From NCBI RefSeq assembly GCF_004010195.1, contig NC_057719.1, positions 56,622,606 through 56,686,605 of the forward strand: 64,000 nt of DNA, read 5' to 3'. The notes under the pieces are model-generated. The model saw nothing but the letters and a program-made list of their open reading frames with translations. It searched no databases and had not been told where the DNA came from. Positions 11,359 through 24,688 of the stretch are shown one piece after another (positions within the stretch are counted from its first letter, which is position 1; each line of letters begins with the position of its first letter). Position numbers and translations under genes: made by a program. This DNA comes from Chiloscyllium plagiosum (Eukaryota).

Positions 11359-11721
11359 GGGAAATTCCAGAGCAGTTAATGTGCCTCAATTAGAAAAAAG
11401 AACACTCTGTACCGAATGGAACAAGGAGGGAAAATCCCTTTATGGGCGGCAATTCAGAAAGACACAGGGCAATCCCAGAAGGAAGACGTTAGCTACACAT
11501 TAATTACAATTAAGGGTCAATTCTCATAACGATTAGCATGGAGTTTGTATATTATTCTGCAATATCTGTACTTTTTTTTTAAATTGGTTACATTTGCTGA
11601 AGCTCTTCCGGTTTCTTTTTCTGCTGAATTTTGAAGTGGGTGGAAATTTCGGAAGCTGTGTGAAAATATTAAAGAAAGTCCCAGTCGCTGCAGCGAGTTC
11701 CCGTGCGGACGGGAACATCCC
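11359..11721. promoter_or_regulatory. Proximal promoter NF-kB sites
   Basis: GGGAAATTCC 11359-11368; GGGATTTTCC (minus) 11429-11438; GGGCAATCCC 11467-11476; GGGACTTTCT (minus) 11673-11682; GGGATGTTCC (minus) 11712-11721. Confidence 0.72.
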
Positions 11722-12972
11722 GGCGAAGAGAGAAAATGGCAGGGGTGTGTCTGGTATTTGACAGTTAAAGTTGTGCGTTCTGTTAATCATCCCCAAACTA
11801 GTACTCTGGAAAGTTTACATGGGAGGGGGGAATTTAAGCGAGGGTGGTTTTGAAACAAGATGACCTTTGATTTTCTAATTAATGAGTCTTAGGGTGAGGA
11901 GCAGGGGGAGTACATTAAAGCAAATGCACTGAGCCAATTCATGAAGCAGTTGCACAGTTTACGTACAGCATTCAGAGGGTGGATTAAAATACGTTTTCAT
12001 TAATTTTCGCAAAGCAATTTCCAATATTTTGCTCATTAACACCTCCAATGCAATACACCTAAGCAATTTAGACGATCAAAATAAAACTTGTGATTACAAT
12101 ACTTTGCTACCTCAAAATTGGTTCTTTGGGTTAATGTTATTTGATTGCAAATTAATTTTGGCAAATGCATCAAAACCGAATGCAAATGGTTAAAGAGACA
12201 AAATATCTTGACATCAGTCCTTATTTGCTTAAAGTTATTGTCACAACACACCGAAATACAGTCGATTTATGACAAACTGTTGTTTGTGTAGCAATATGAA
12301 ATTTACAGTCAATTTCAAATGCATATCCCAAGAAATAACAACTTCTCTATCATGAAATTTGCACAGTATGTATTCAAACATGCATAGGGAACTTAGACTC
12401 ATAAAATGTTTGTTCTCAGCATTTACAGTGAGCTGTAATTCCTTTCTAAAACTATCAACACTTTGCTGCCTCCCAAATCATGTCCATCTTTCCCACAGTT
12501 CCACACTTGTCTCTCTCTCTCTTATCAGGTTTCTGCCCTGCTAATTCAAAGTCACAAATTATATGCTATGCAACTATGACAGTGGTACACTAGGTCTCCT
12601 CTACTTTTTCAACCTGTTGCCTTTGATGTGATTGTGATTGTTATCAATTGACCAGAAGTTGTCTTGCTCTGTTCTAGTCTTCCCAATCCAGTTCCAGTCA
12701 GCATATCTACTGCAGTAGCTTCCCTTCCTGTCCACCGATCTTTATGTCCAAATCTTTTTCAATATCCCCTCCAATTTGCATTCACATTTCCTTAACAAGA
12801 TGAGAAGTTATGATGTCAGATTCTAAGAGTATTCTGACAATACTCAGCTCTACTTTCTCAAGGCTTTTATTATCTCTATTATTAGAGTGCTTCTTTATTG
12901 CTCAATCCTGGGTAAACTGCAATTTCCCAAATTAAACATTGGAAAGACTGAAGCCATTGACATCTACTACCA

Positions 12973-13450
12973 TAGAGTCATGTAGGTCGTGCATGCTGAC
13001 CAAGTTTCCCAAACTAAACTAGTCCTGTTTGCCTGGGTTTGGCATACATCCCTCCAAACTTTTCCACACATTTGTCTAAATGTGTTTTAAATGTTATAAC
13101 TGTACAAAACCTCCACCACTTCTTCTGGAAGTTCATTCCAAACCACCCTCAGTGTGAATTAGTTGCCTCTCAGGTCCTTTTTAAATCTTTCTCCTTTCAC
13201 CCTAAAAATACGCCCCAGTCTTGAACTCACCTAACCCAAGGGGAAAAAAAAATTGCTATTCATCTTATCTATGCACCTCATGATTTAAAAAATCTCTTTA
13301 AGGTCACCCCTCAATTTCCTATGCTCTAGTGAAAGAAGCTCCCAGCCAGCCCCGGCCTATCCAAACTCTCCAGACCCAGCAACATCCTGGTAAATCTTTT
13401 CTGAAACCTCTCCAATTTAATAATATCTTTCCTTTAGCAGTGTGACCAGC
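12973..13450 (-). mobile_element. CR1 LINE 3' fragment nested in an L2 remnant
   Basis: Reversed CR1 tail (CATAGAGTCAT) and RT C-terminus; flanked by L2-like sequence ~12560-12960 and ~13500-14230. Confidence 0.7.
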
Positions 13451-13643
13451 ACAAACTCCATTCCCTATCATTGACTCTATCCCCTTTCCTGGTCTCAAGC
13501 TGAAACAGACTATTTGCATCTTTACTTGACCCTGACCTGAGCTATCAAACCAAATTCTTTCAATCTCAAAGACCATTTCCTACCACCTCTGTAACATTGC
13601 TCACTTGAGCACCAACTACCCACCTTACCTCACCCCACCCAGT

Positions 13644-13955
13644 GGGCGGCACAGTGGTTAACACCGCTGCCTCACAGCGCCAGAGACCCGGGTTCAATTC
13701 CCGCCTCAGGCGACTGTGTGGAGTTTGCACATTCTCCCCGTGTCTGCGTGGGTTTCCTCCAGGTGCATCCGGTTTCGTCCCACAGTCCAAAGATGTGCGG
13801 GTTAGGTGAATTGGCCATGCTAAATTGCCCGTAGTGTTAGGGGCAGGGGTAAATGTAGGGGAATGGGTCTGGGTGGGTTGCGCTTCGGCGGGTCGGTGTG
13901 GACTTGTAGGGCCGAAGGGCCTGCTTCCACACTGTAAGTAATCTAATCTATCTAA
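13644..13955 (+). mobile_element. HE1-type SINE, full length
   Basis: tRNA-like head (GGCACAGTGGTTA..GGTTCAATTCCC), conserved core, CR1-like 3' end and (TAATC)n tail. Confidence 0.88.
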
Positions 13956-14239
13956 AAACCCCAGGCTGAGCCTCTTTGATGCTGTAACCCAGGTGTGGCC
14001 TCCTGCTCATTTCCATTACTCTATTGATTGGGCTCCAGCTTCTCATTTGAGTTAATCCACATTTGTATTCCCCATACCTAATTCAGCCTAAATCCCAATC
14101 ACTTGCCACGCCTGATCCTGCTGAACTGTATTGCCCGTTAATCCATCAAAGCCTCAAACATATAAATTTCACCCATGTGTTCAAATTCCTCCATGACCTC
14201 ACCCTTATTCTCTAGCTGTGCAACTGCATAATAACTCTG

Positions 14240-14870
14240 AACATGTAGCATAAAACAGTACAGCATGGAAACGATGTTTTACCAAACATGACGCTAAATT
14301 AATCTAATCCCTTCTGCCCTTGGTCTATAGCTCTCCGTCCCTTGCATATTCATGTGCTTATCTAAAAGCCCCTTCAATGTCCCTATTATATCTGCCTCCA
14401 CCTACCACTCCTGGCAGCATGTTCAAGACTCCTACCACTCTGTGTAAAAAACATGCCCCTCACATCTCCTTTGAACTTTTTCCCTCTCACCTTAAATGCA
14501 TGTCCCCAGTACTAGACATTTCAACTCTGGAAAAAGATTCTGACTGTCAACCCTATCTATGCATTTCATGATTTTATAGACTTCTATCAAGTCTCCCCTC
14601 TCCAGAAAAAAAAATCACTAAATTTCCTAAGCTCTCCTTACAGCTTGTACCCTCTAATCCTGGTAAACCTCCTCTGCACCCTCTCCAAAGCCTCCACATC
14701 CTTCCTGTAATGTGGCAACCAGAAATGAATGCAACACTTTAAGTGTGGTATAACCAAAGTCTCTTTAAAGCTGCCAACATGACGTCCTGACTCTTGTACT
14801 CAATGACCTGACCAATAAAGCAAGCATGTCATATGCCTTCTTTACCACCCTATCTACTTGTGTGGCCACT
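14240..14870 (-). mobile_element. CR1 LINE 3' fragment
   Basis: Reverse complement of CR1 RT C-terminus and 3' UTR. Confidence 0.7.
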
Positions 14871-15185
14871 ATGAACCCCCTCTACTCTGGCCTCTTGTAT
14901 CTCCCATTTCCTTTGTCACATCACTGATGCCCTAGGTTTTCAGTCAACCAAGCACTAAACCTTGTTACTACTTGAGTGTATGGTTAATGCAAATGTTTTC
15001 AAATCAGACCTATTACATATATTGTAGTTTCCACCTTGTGCAACCAGATAATGCTCAATGCAGCTGAAATCAGGCAAATCCATGCAGAAGATTGGGGAAT
15101 TTTAAATGTGGGTAAATTACACCCAAAGTTGAAACTTTATTGCTGGAACAGCACAGCAGGTCAGGCAGCATCCAGGGAACAGGAA

Positions 15186-15221
15186 ATTCGACGTTTCGGG
15201 CACAGGCCCTTCTTCAGGAAT
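15186..15221 (-). ncRNA. Minimal hammerhead ribozyme motif (family A, intact)
   Basis: ATTC-CTGAAGA-A-GGGC-CTGT-GCCC-GAAA-CGTC-GAAT: stem I ATTC/GAAT, full core, palindromic ACGT stem III, GUC triplet. Confidence 0.75.
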
Positions 15222-15382
15222 GAGCAGAGAGTGTTCAGCAGGAGAAGATAAAAGGTAGGGAGGAGGGACTGGGAGGAGGGGCGTTGGAAATGTGATAGGT
15301 GGAAAGAGGCCAAGGTGAGGGTGATAGGGCGGAGTAGGATGGAGGCGGAGATTTATCTTCTCCTGCTGAACACTCTCTGCTC

Positions 15383-15418
15383 ATTCCTGAAGAAGGGCCT
15401 GTGCCCGAAATGTCGAAT
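15383..15418 (+). ncRNA. Minimal hammerhead ribozyme motif (family A, mirror copy)
   Basis: Same motif with one C>T in stem III (GAAATGTC). Confidence 0.65.
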
Positions 15419-16499
15419 TTCCTGTTCCCTGGATGCTGCCTGACCTGCTGTGCTGTTCCAGCAATAAAGTTTCAACTTTGATCTCCAGCATCTGCAGACC
15501 TCACTTTCTCCTCGAAAATTACACCCAAAACTGAGTTCATTTTTCTGTCATCTCTTCCAATGGTTTGGGATTCAATTCATTTGATTCAGGAGCCCAGCTA
15601 TAAAACTGACCATGCCCTAAGTATAATTGACAGATTCTGAAAATTGCATTGATTGAAGAAAGTGCTTCAAATTATGTTCCTTTTCTTCAGTCACAGACAG
15701 GAAAGACAGAAAAAGTTTTTTTCTTATCAATAATAAATCAAGTTAGAAACAGATTAGTATACAACAGTGAAACTATGTAAACGTTCCATATAGTTTTAAG
15801 TTAACCTTTGTGGTTTTAAATCAGGTTATTCAAACTGTATAGTCATTAAAAATGTCTATTTTTGGTGGCATAGTTGTTGCCTGGTAAAATTGCACCAGGT
15901 TACTACTTGCAAGTCAATTTCATTTTAAACTTGAGCTGTACCCCTACAAGTGCAGTTTCAAATGCATTTTGAATGAAATTTCCCAATCATGCATAATATG
16001 GAAAGCCAGGCATTTACATGAATGCAAACAGAAATAAGATGCACATAAAGTCCCAGAATATTTTTGAATCGCGTGTGTTGAAATGCAGACTCGAGGCAAC
16101 AGATTAAGATTACTTGGCAATATGAGACATTCCATATCTAGGGAGGGGAAATGCTGACAAAGGTTTTCTTGCTACAATTCTGCCTTCTGCTTGCAGCAAA
16201 AAGAATTAGCGAAGGCTGGTCATCAAACAGGCCAGCCTTTAGACTGTTTGTAGGAGGCTTTGTAAGAGTAATAGGAGAACAGATTAACCAAACATTTGAT
16301 TAGACCACTGAGAGTGCCCTCTACTGGAAAAGTATTAGTCTCTCATATTTTTGTTATTTTTCTTGCCAAATCTTTTGTTCCTTACTCTGCCGAAAGTGCT
16401 AAATCCTTTCTGAGGTACAAATCCATGGGAACTGGTTATCCTCTGGCACCTACACAAGGATTGATATTGACTTTAAATGCCAACTGCGGAGTGATACCA

Positions 16500-17250
16500 T
16501 ACAGAGTCATACAACAGATTGGAAACAGACCCTTTGGTCCAACTCATCCTTGCTGACCAGATATCCTAAAGTAGTCTTGTCCCACTTGCCAGCATTTGGC
16601 CCATATCCCTCTAAACCCTTCCTATTCATGTACCCATCTAGATGCCTTTTATATGTTGTAATTGTACCTGCCTCCACCACCCTCTGGCAGCTCATTCCAT
16701 ACATGCGCCACCCTCTGCGTGAAAGTGTTGTTCCTTAGGTCCCTTTTAAATCTTTCCCCTCTCTTCTGTCTTCTAATTTCAGACTGCCCTACCCAACAAA
16801 AAAGACTTTGACAATTCACCCTATCCACACGTGTCATGATTTTATAAACCACTAAAAGGTCATCCCTTAATCTCCAACGCTCCAGGGAAAACAGCCCCAG
16901 CCTATTAAGCCTCTCCCTACAGTTCAAACTCTCCAACCCTGGCATCATCCTTTAAATTCCTGATGAAGGACTTATGCCCGAAACGTCGATTCTCCTGCTC
17001 CTTGGATGCTGCCTGACCTGCTGCGCTTTTCCAGTAACACATTTTCAGCATCATCCTTTAAATCTCTTCTGCACCCTTTTAAGTTTAATAACATCCTTCC
17101 TAGGAGACCTGAACTGAATGCAGAATTCCAAAAGTGGCCTGACCAATGTCCTGTACAACTGCAATTTGACATTCCCAACTCCAATAATCAATGCCCTGAG
17201 CAATAAAAGCAAGTGTACCAAACACCTTCTTCACTACCCGATCTACCTGT
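16500..17250 (-). mobile_element. CR1 LINE 3' fragment
   Basis: MMPGLESLNCRERLNRLGLFSLERWRLRDDL on minus strand plus CR1 3' UTR. Confidence 0.85.
16958..17047 (+). mobile_element. 90-bp hammerhead-bearing PLE mini-insertion
   Basis: 16-bp TSD GCATCATCCTTTAAAT at 16942-16957 and 17048-17063; starts 2 nt before the CTGATGA core (16960). Confidence 0.88.
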
Positions 17251-18042
17251 GGGAAATTCAGATTTTTAAAACAAAAGTGCTTTTTTTAATAAAGATCCTC
17301 ATGAAAGGCTGCAATTGAAGCTAAACAGAGTGAGTTCAATATAAACCCAGCATGTGAATGAAAAATTAGTCAAACATACTTGTTTGGTGATTAATGTCAG
17401 ACTGGGGAAAGAACTGACTGAAGAGTTCTAACCTTCAGTGCAAGAGTGTCTATTCTTACCAGCTACATCAATGGATTGACTATGAGAACTCAGTATAAGC
17501 TAGTTACAATTCTAGGTGTTATAAAACAGGGGTGAAGTTTAAAGACGATGGACTTCTACAAAAGGAATGGATTAAGTATTAAACATTTCAAACTGGCAGT
17601 AAAGCATTATAGGCACCCTACACAGTTTCCAATTTATTAATGTTGAGCAAGATTGTAAGATCTGAAAAAAATTAATTCAGGTTATCAGAGTAAAACCAAA
17701 GTTTCAGTTTGCGTGAAGTGTGATCTGCTGATGGAAATTGTCAAGCTGTTTACAACAGAAAATAGTGTTGGAAAAACCTTTTCCATAAAACTTACAATGT
17801 CTGTTTTTTGTAACCAATTGAATCCATTTTAGAAGATGAAAAATAAGTAATTCAGGCTTCTCATGTGGTCAGACATCTGTCACGGATTTTACAAATTTAA
17901 TTAAAGAATTGACACTTCCTGGAAAATAAGGAAGGACTGGTATTGACTTGTCATTTTCATCATTGGCTGTATCTCAATTCGGGGTTAGTATCTATTCATG
18001 CTCATGAGCTTTTGGATGGGTCTTCAGCAGAACTCTGGGTCT

Positions 18043-18252
18043 TCACAGCACCAGAGACCCGGGTTCAATTTCCGACTCAGGTGACTGACTGTGTGGAGTT
18101 TGCACATTCTCCCCGTGTCTGCGTGGGTTTCCTCCGGGTGCTCCGGTTTCCTCCCACATTTTGCCCGAAACGTCGATTTTGCCTGTCCTCGGATGCTGCC
18201 TGAATTGCTGTGCTCTTCCAGCACCACTAATCCAGTAATCTAATCTAATCTA
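18043..18252 (+). mobile_element. HE1 SINE / PLE-end chimera
   Basis: SINE head and core 18043-18157, PLE 3' piece 18159-18235, SINE (TAATC)n tail. Confidence 0.7.
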
Positions 18253-18254
18253 AC

Positions 18255-18680
18255 CTACACTTGCCGACATTGGCCACATGAGGCAGGATGTGCCATGAGG
18301 TAGTGGACTCTGAAGAGCAGGATTTGATTTGTTTTCTTTGCTCTTTGCTGCCGCTGCTGTATCTCATCATTAAGGGGCTTGTTCTTGAAGCATGATGCAG
18401 CATAATGAGCATATTGTTACCATTTGGAACGACTGATAGCAAGCTCTTCTCACTCCTCAATGTCCATGCTTCTAAACTTCAAGCAGACCTTCAGAACGTG
18501 TACATAGTGTTTCTTTTGTCCTACCTTGGAGTACTGGCCATTTGAGAATTGAGAAAACAGGACATGGTGACAAGACACTGTTTAGTCATGCAGACACAGG
18601 TCCACTCCTTTGTAGTTGATCTTGCAGCAGTTGCTGATCAACATAGCATCTGAAGCTTTTTGAAGACAATAGGGCCATTT
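18255..18680 (-). mobile_element. RTE-clade LINE 3' remnant
   Basis: Minus strand GQKKHYVHVLKVCLK resembles the RTE C-terminal GGQRKRYKDTLK motif. Confidence 0.5.
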
Positions 18681-18709
18681 GTAGATTAAAGTCAAATTGA
18701 TCTGAGCCA

Positions 18710-19640
18710 ATCTGCTCCAGTACACCCACAACACTTGCATCTACCTGACAATGTGAAAAATTGTCCAGGAATGTCCTGCACACAAAAAGCAGGACAAATC
18801 CAATGCAGCCAATTACCATCTCATCAGTCTACTCTCAATTATTAGTAAAGTGGTTGTAGATGTCATCAACAGTACTTTCAAGCAACACCTGTTTTGTAAT
18901 ATCCTGCTCACTGATGCACAGTTTGACTTCTGTCAGGACAATAGATTCCTGACTTCATAACAGCCTTGCTTCAAACATGGACAAAACAGCTGAATTCCAG
19001 AGGTGAGGCCAGAGTCACTGAACTGACTTTTAGATTAGATTAGATTAGATTACTTACAGTGTGGAAACAGGCCCTTCGGCCCAACAAGTCCACACCGACT
19101 CGCCGAAGCGCAACCCACCCATATCCCTACATTTACCCCTTCACCTAACACTACGGGCAATTTAGCGTGGCCGATTCACCTGACCTGCACATCTTTGGAC
19201 TGTGGGAGGAAACCGGAGCACCCGGAGGAAACCCACGCAGACACAGGGAGAACGTGCAAATTACACACAGTCAGTCGCCTGAGGCGGGAATTGAACCCGG
19301 ATCTCTGGCGCTGTGAGGCAGCAGTGCTAATCACTGTGCCACCGTGCCGCCCACTTCTTGGCTGCATTTGACTAAGTGTGGCATCAAGGATTCCTGGCAT
19401 AAGTGGAGTGAATGGGAATCAAGAAGAACATTTTCCACTGGTTGGAATCATACCTGGCACATAGGAAGATGATTGTGTTTATTGGAGCTCAGCCACCTCA
19501 GCTCCAGGAGATCAAGATTCCTTAGGGTAGTGTCCTATGCCCAACCATCTTCAGTTGCTTCATTGGTGACCTTCACTCCATCATAAAGTCAGAGATTGGG
19601 ATGTTCACTGATGATAACACAATATTCAACACCATTAACT
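18710..19640 (+). mobile_element. Old CR1/L2-group LINE RT fragment
   Basis: HKKQDKSNAANY..ISLLSIISKV, GSVLCPTIFSCFIGDL, MFTDD; split by an HE1 SINE. Confidence 0.65.
19031..19354 (-). mobile_element. HE1-type SINE, full length
   Basis: Reverse complement of the 13644-13955 family with a (TAGAT)n tail. Confidence 0.9.
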
Positions 19641-20320
19641 ATACAAGGAAGTAGTCAGACCACATCCGTAATACTGTGAACAGTTAGTCCCCTTTTCTAA
19701 GGAATATTATGCTGGCATATCAGGATATCATGAGAAGATTCACTAAGTTGATCCTAGGCATGGAGGGTTTTTCTTATGAACAGGGTTTCAGCAGGTTAGG
19801 CCTGTACTCAATGGAATTTCGAAGAAGGAGAAGTGACCTTACTGAAACATAGAATACTTTTAGGGGGTTTGACAGGGAGGATGCTGAGAGGTTGTTTCCT
19901 CTAAGTGGGACAGTCTAGGAACAGAGGCCCCATTTAAGGTAGAGATAAAGAGGTTTTTTTTATTAGATTAGATTCCCTACAATATGGAAACAGGCCCTTT
20001 AGCCCAACAAGTCCACACAGACCCTCTGAAGAGTAACCCACCTAGACCCATTCCCCCACCCTATAATTTACACGTGACTAATGCACCTAGCACTATGGGC
20101 AATTTAGCATGGCCAATTCACCTGACCTGCACATCTTTGGACTGTGGGAGGAAACTGGAGCACCCGGAGGAAACCCACACAGACACGGGGAGATTGTACA
20201 AACTCCGCACAGGCAGTCGCCCGAGACAGAAATCACACCCGTGTCCCTGGTGCTGTGAGCCACCGTGCCACCCCCCTCTGATGGTAGTGAGTCTATGGAA
20301 TTCTTTGCTGCAGAGGGCTG
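19640..20320 (+). mobile_element. CR1 fragment split by an HE1 SINE
   Basis: RFTKLILGMEG.SYE..LGLYSMEFRRRRSDL. Confidence 0.6.
19962..20270 (-). mobile_element. HE1-type SINE
   Basis: HE1 core CACCTGACCTGCACATCTTTGGACTGTGGGAGGAAAC and TTAGA tail. Confidence 0.85.
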
Positions 20321-20699
20321 AGTAGTCCCCCAAAATTCTTCAAAATGAGATGGTATTACGAGAGTAATTTTCCTATTTGTAAAAGGATTCTCATTTTTTA
20401 AACAAAGAATATACCCTTTATATTTTCTGTCCCATACAGAATGGGGATTTTAGAGGCCGTTTACCTCCTGGCAATGTTCTAGCAATTTCAGATACAAATA
20501 GCTGACACAGCAACCATTTTTCAGTTTTTGTTTGGTGGTTGAGCTATAGTTTGGACATTGTGAAGCATGGACAGAGTGAGGCACAGTTATTGAGTAATGA
20601 AGCTGGGATTGGAAAATATTTAAATGGGAGCCTTGAAAGAATTGAGGTTATAGTAGCAGTGGTGACATGATAGTACCTGAACTGGAAAGCAAGTTAAAA

Positions 20700-21220
20700 A
20701 AGAAATACAATGATATGCTCAATGTATATTCTCCAATGACATAATTCATATTTGAAGGCAAAATTGATGGGACTAAAGGGCTGGCAAATCCGCTAGACCT
20801 GACAACCAACATCCTAGGTTTTAAAGCTTTAGCTGAAAAGAAAGAGGATGCATTGCTTTCCAGAATTCCTTAGATTATAGAACAATACCCAAAGATTGGA
20901 AGATAGCAAACACCATTAGTTAAGTAAAGAAGGATCAGAGAAACTGGGATTTATAAGCTAATTCACCTAATAGTTGATGAAATGCTAAAATATATTAATA
21001 AGAGTGTGATAAAAAGAAAATCATGACATAATTAAGCAGAGTCAACACAGATTTATGAAAGGTAATAGTGTTTGACAAACCTTAGAGATTTTGAGGATAT
21101 AACTTCCATGATGGATAAGGGGGAGCCATTGGACGTACTGTATTTGGATTTTCAAAATGTATTCAATAAGGTGATACACAAAATTCATTGTAGGAAAATA
21201 AGACCCATAGGACTGGTCGT
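20700..21220 (+). mobile_element. Old CR1 RT fragment
   Basis: QSQHRFMKG..CLTNL..DVLYLDFQNVFNKV. Confidence 0.6.
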
Positions 21221-21511
21221 TTGATAATTGGAAATTGTAAAGTCAGCAATTTTATTAAACATTATCACTTTAAGGTAGTATTGAATAAGAGCTCAATATG
21301 TAGATAATCTGAGGCCGGATGTCATCATGTGACCAAAGGCATCAGTTACTCTGCATTGCAGCACCCCAGGACAAGGATGTGCCTTGAGATTACTATTTAC
21401 TGTATGCGTTAGTTTTAACTGTAAATAAAGCCGTCAGAAGGCTTGAAATAAATAGAACCCATGTACCTTGTTGGCATTGTATATAAATAGCAGAACAACT
21501 ACACTTTCGGT

Positions 21512-22452
21512 CAAGAGTGTGGTGCTGGAAAAGCACAGCAGGTCAGGCAGCATCCGAGGAGCAAGAAAATCGACGTTTCGGGCAAACGTCCTTCATCAAG
21601 AATGAGGTTGGCAGCCTTGGGGGTGGAGCTGGGAGGAAGGTAGCTGACAGTATAATAGATGATGAAGGTGGGGATAAAGGTGAAAGGTTGGAGAGGAGGG
21701 TGGAGCAGATAGGTGGGAAGGAAGATTGACAGATGGGACAGGTCATGAGGACAGTGCTGAGTTGGAAGGTTGGACTGGGGTAAGGTGAGGGGAGGGGAAA
21801 TGAGGAAACTGGTGAAATCCACATTGATGCCATGGGGTTGGAGGGTCCCCAGGTGGAAGATGAGGTGTTCTTCCTCCAGGCCTCGGGTGGTAAGGGAGTG
21901 GCGATGGAGGAGGTCCAGGACCCACACTTCCTTGGCAGAGTGGGAGGGGGAGTTAAAGTGTTCGGCCACGGAGTGGTGGGTTTGATTGGTTCGGTGTACC
22001 CCGCACCAAAGAACATCTCTGGGACACCTGCACCAGTCAACCCCACCGCCCCGTGGCCGAACACTTTAACTCCTCCTCCCATTTTGCCGAGGACATGCAG
22101 GTCCTGGGCCTTTCGATCACCACTCCCTTACCGCCCTTCCAACTCAGCACCGCCCTCATGACCTGTCCCACCTGTCCCTCTTCCTTCCTACCTATTCGCT
22201 CCACCCTCCCCTCTGACCTATCATCTTTATCCCCACATTCATCCACGTATTGCACACTCAGCTGCCTTCCCCCCAGCTCCACCCCTCTCCCATTTATCTC
22301 TCCACCACCGAGGCTCCCAACCTCATTCCTGATTAAGGGCTTTTGCCTGAAACGTCAATTTTCCTGCTCCTTGGATGCTGCCTGACCTGCTGTGCTTTTC
22401 CAGCACCACACTCTCGACTCTAACTTACAGCATCTGCAGTCCTCACTTTCAC
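21512..22452. mobile_element. PLE fold-back insertion (GIY-YIG C-terminus + 3' repeat in both arms)
   Basis: Minus arm ~21512-21985 and plus arm ~22013-22452 both encode VAEHFNS..H; decayed hammerheads at ~21570-21604 and ~22325-22360; possible decayed TSD ACA(C/G)TTTC(G/T)GTCA. Confidence 0.85.
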
Positions 22453-24656
22453 CGACAGTTTCTGTCAGCAATGCTGCAACCAAGGGGATAGCATTGTGTG
22501 GAAGAGGTGAAGGTATATGGAAAACAGACAATAAGGGAATATACAAGGGCAATTGGCTCACTTTCATAATAACTGTGTCGTGATTTCATTCATAAATTTG
22601 GTACAATTGTTTATTTTTCATAGACAGCCCAGACAAAGTGAGATTGTTTAGTTTGCCTGCTTCTCTTCCTTTCTCCCTCCTTCTTCTCCTCATGCTTTTG
22701 TTCCTCAGATGCTAACTGTTTAACTGGGGCCAGGGCTATCTGATCACAACGAATGCAGCATGCAGCTTGACATCCATTCTGCTGAGGACTGCAGGGCTCC
22801 TTCAGAGTGTCAAGTCAGCATAGGTGTAGTTTTGGCATGCTATTGATACATGTAGCTCCATTATTTTCTTTGTAGTCAAGCTGTTCATGTTTGCATAGAT
22901 TTTTGCATTTATAATCAGTCATGTTGTCATCAATTGCCCTTAGCTACTTTTCGTTTGTCATGGTGGCTCAAATGTACAGGCACAGAATGAAGGCATGATG
23001 ACTGCCACCAGTATAGTGGGCATTGACCAAAGTGATTCATTGCCTATAGGTGTACATCAACTGTATTTTATGAAGTTGAATCCCAGTCAGCACTGGTATA
23101 GAAAAGACAGTATCAGCAGAGAGATCTGAGTGCAGTCAAAGAGACCCTGAGTTATGGGGGAGCCTATAGTGCTCGAAATGCATTCTTCCTTTTTATCTTT
23201 GGCAAGGGTAAATGAAATATAGCTGGCATTCTTTGACCAGAGTCCCACAGTGACCTCCCTTATGCAACAGAGGATTGGAAACTGTGAAAAGTTGCAGGTT
23301 TGAACAGTGTCTCCTTGAAAGGAGATAAATTAATACTGGCAATGAGGCCTTACCCTGTTTTAAGGCTGCAGATGTGATTGCAGCAGGTTTCAGTAAGGGT
23401 TCTTTACATTTTGAGAGTTGGTGGTGCAGGATATATATTGAAAATTGTATTCTGGGTAATCATGTACAAACTTCTGCAAAACCTATAGAATGCTTCACCT
23501 CTGGAAATTCCTCTTTAAAGCCATGTCTCTAATATCTCTCTGTCCTTCTAAATCTGTCAGAAACAGTACTTTGTTGTAATATAAGTGACAAAAAGGGCAG
23601 TTATTAGGAGTTTATATATTCCTTCTGACTTAGAGGTTTATCCTATCCTCCTTCAGAGAAGTGTGACATGTTTAGTCGAAGCTCAATACAATGACAGGGA
23701 TGAGGTAATAAGTTAGAACTTCATAATTTTGGAGGGCTGATGCACTAACAATTCATGATTAAGATTTTGCTGAGTGGGTCATCCCATGGCTTTTCTTTAG
23801 AGTTAGGCTTGCTTATGGTTTTGCCCACAATGTTGCAGGAAGTATGAGATGTTAACAGGTAACAGGCATCTGGATCATGAACATGTGCAGACTGAGAAAA
23901 AAGGCTGAATTACAGTGGATGCATTGGATATCAATTCATTTACAGGAAGAGAAAAAACACAGGGAAAGAAAATTGGATTAAGAAATGGAAAAAAAAATGA
24001 CAAAATGAATAAATAAGAACAACATCCAAGAAAGTAAAGCATTAGCTTGTCTAATTCTCCCAAACCAATTCATAACCTGATTGGGATGGAATGCTTTACA
24101 TATTTCCCATTTTGTAGAAGTGAAATTGATTGCATTGCATTAACAATTATCATGATATTAAAAGGGGCTTATGCCAGATTTAGCTTTCTGTGATAGGTTT
24201 AAGGGAAAATTAATATGCAAATACACCAAATTCAATGAGAAAGTGAGCACAACGTGTAATTTTCATGAAGCTTATAGTGAAGCAGTGCAAATAGTCAGCC
24301 ACTGTTAACAATTTGGAATTCAGAAATATCACTTCCCCATTACAAAATACTGGCTGATTTGTACATTTATGTAACTTTTTAAAAGAAAATTCTGGTTCAA
24401 GCTTATTTGTGCCATTATGTCAGAACACTACAACATTTAAAACAAAGCTTGAGTTAGCAGTTCCCATTTACCTTTTGTTTTCTGTGAAGCCTTAGCTGCT
24501 TAATGATTTTACCCATGTTAGGTGCTTTCAACAAACTTTCCCTCTTTATAAATTCTCGTATTAACTATAAACAACAGGGATGGTGGGGCGAAGTTTATTG
24601 AAAAGTTTAGGCAACGCGTGACACAGCAATTTACATTTTAAAATAGAATCATGACT

Positions 24657-24688
24657 GCTCTACCTGGTGGCCACAATATAAATTGCAG
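24657..24688 (-). promoter_or_regulatory. CTCF motif with upstream module
   Basis: Minus: CTGCAATTTA-TATTG-TGGCCACCAGGTAGAGC. Confidence 0.5.

Larger units (their letters stand above)
15128..15515. mobile_element. PLE 3'-end fold-back insertion
   Basis: 14-bp TSD AAATTACACCCAAA at 15114-15127 and 15516-15529; near-perfect ~128-bp inverted arms 15124-15252 and 15352-15480. Confidence 0.9.

Noticed and set aside
13644..13715. tRNA-like A/B boxes as tRNA genes
   Set aside because: They are SINE heads followed by the HE1 core and tail.
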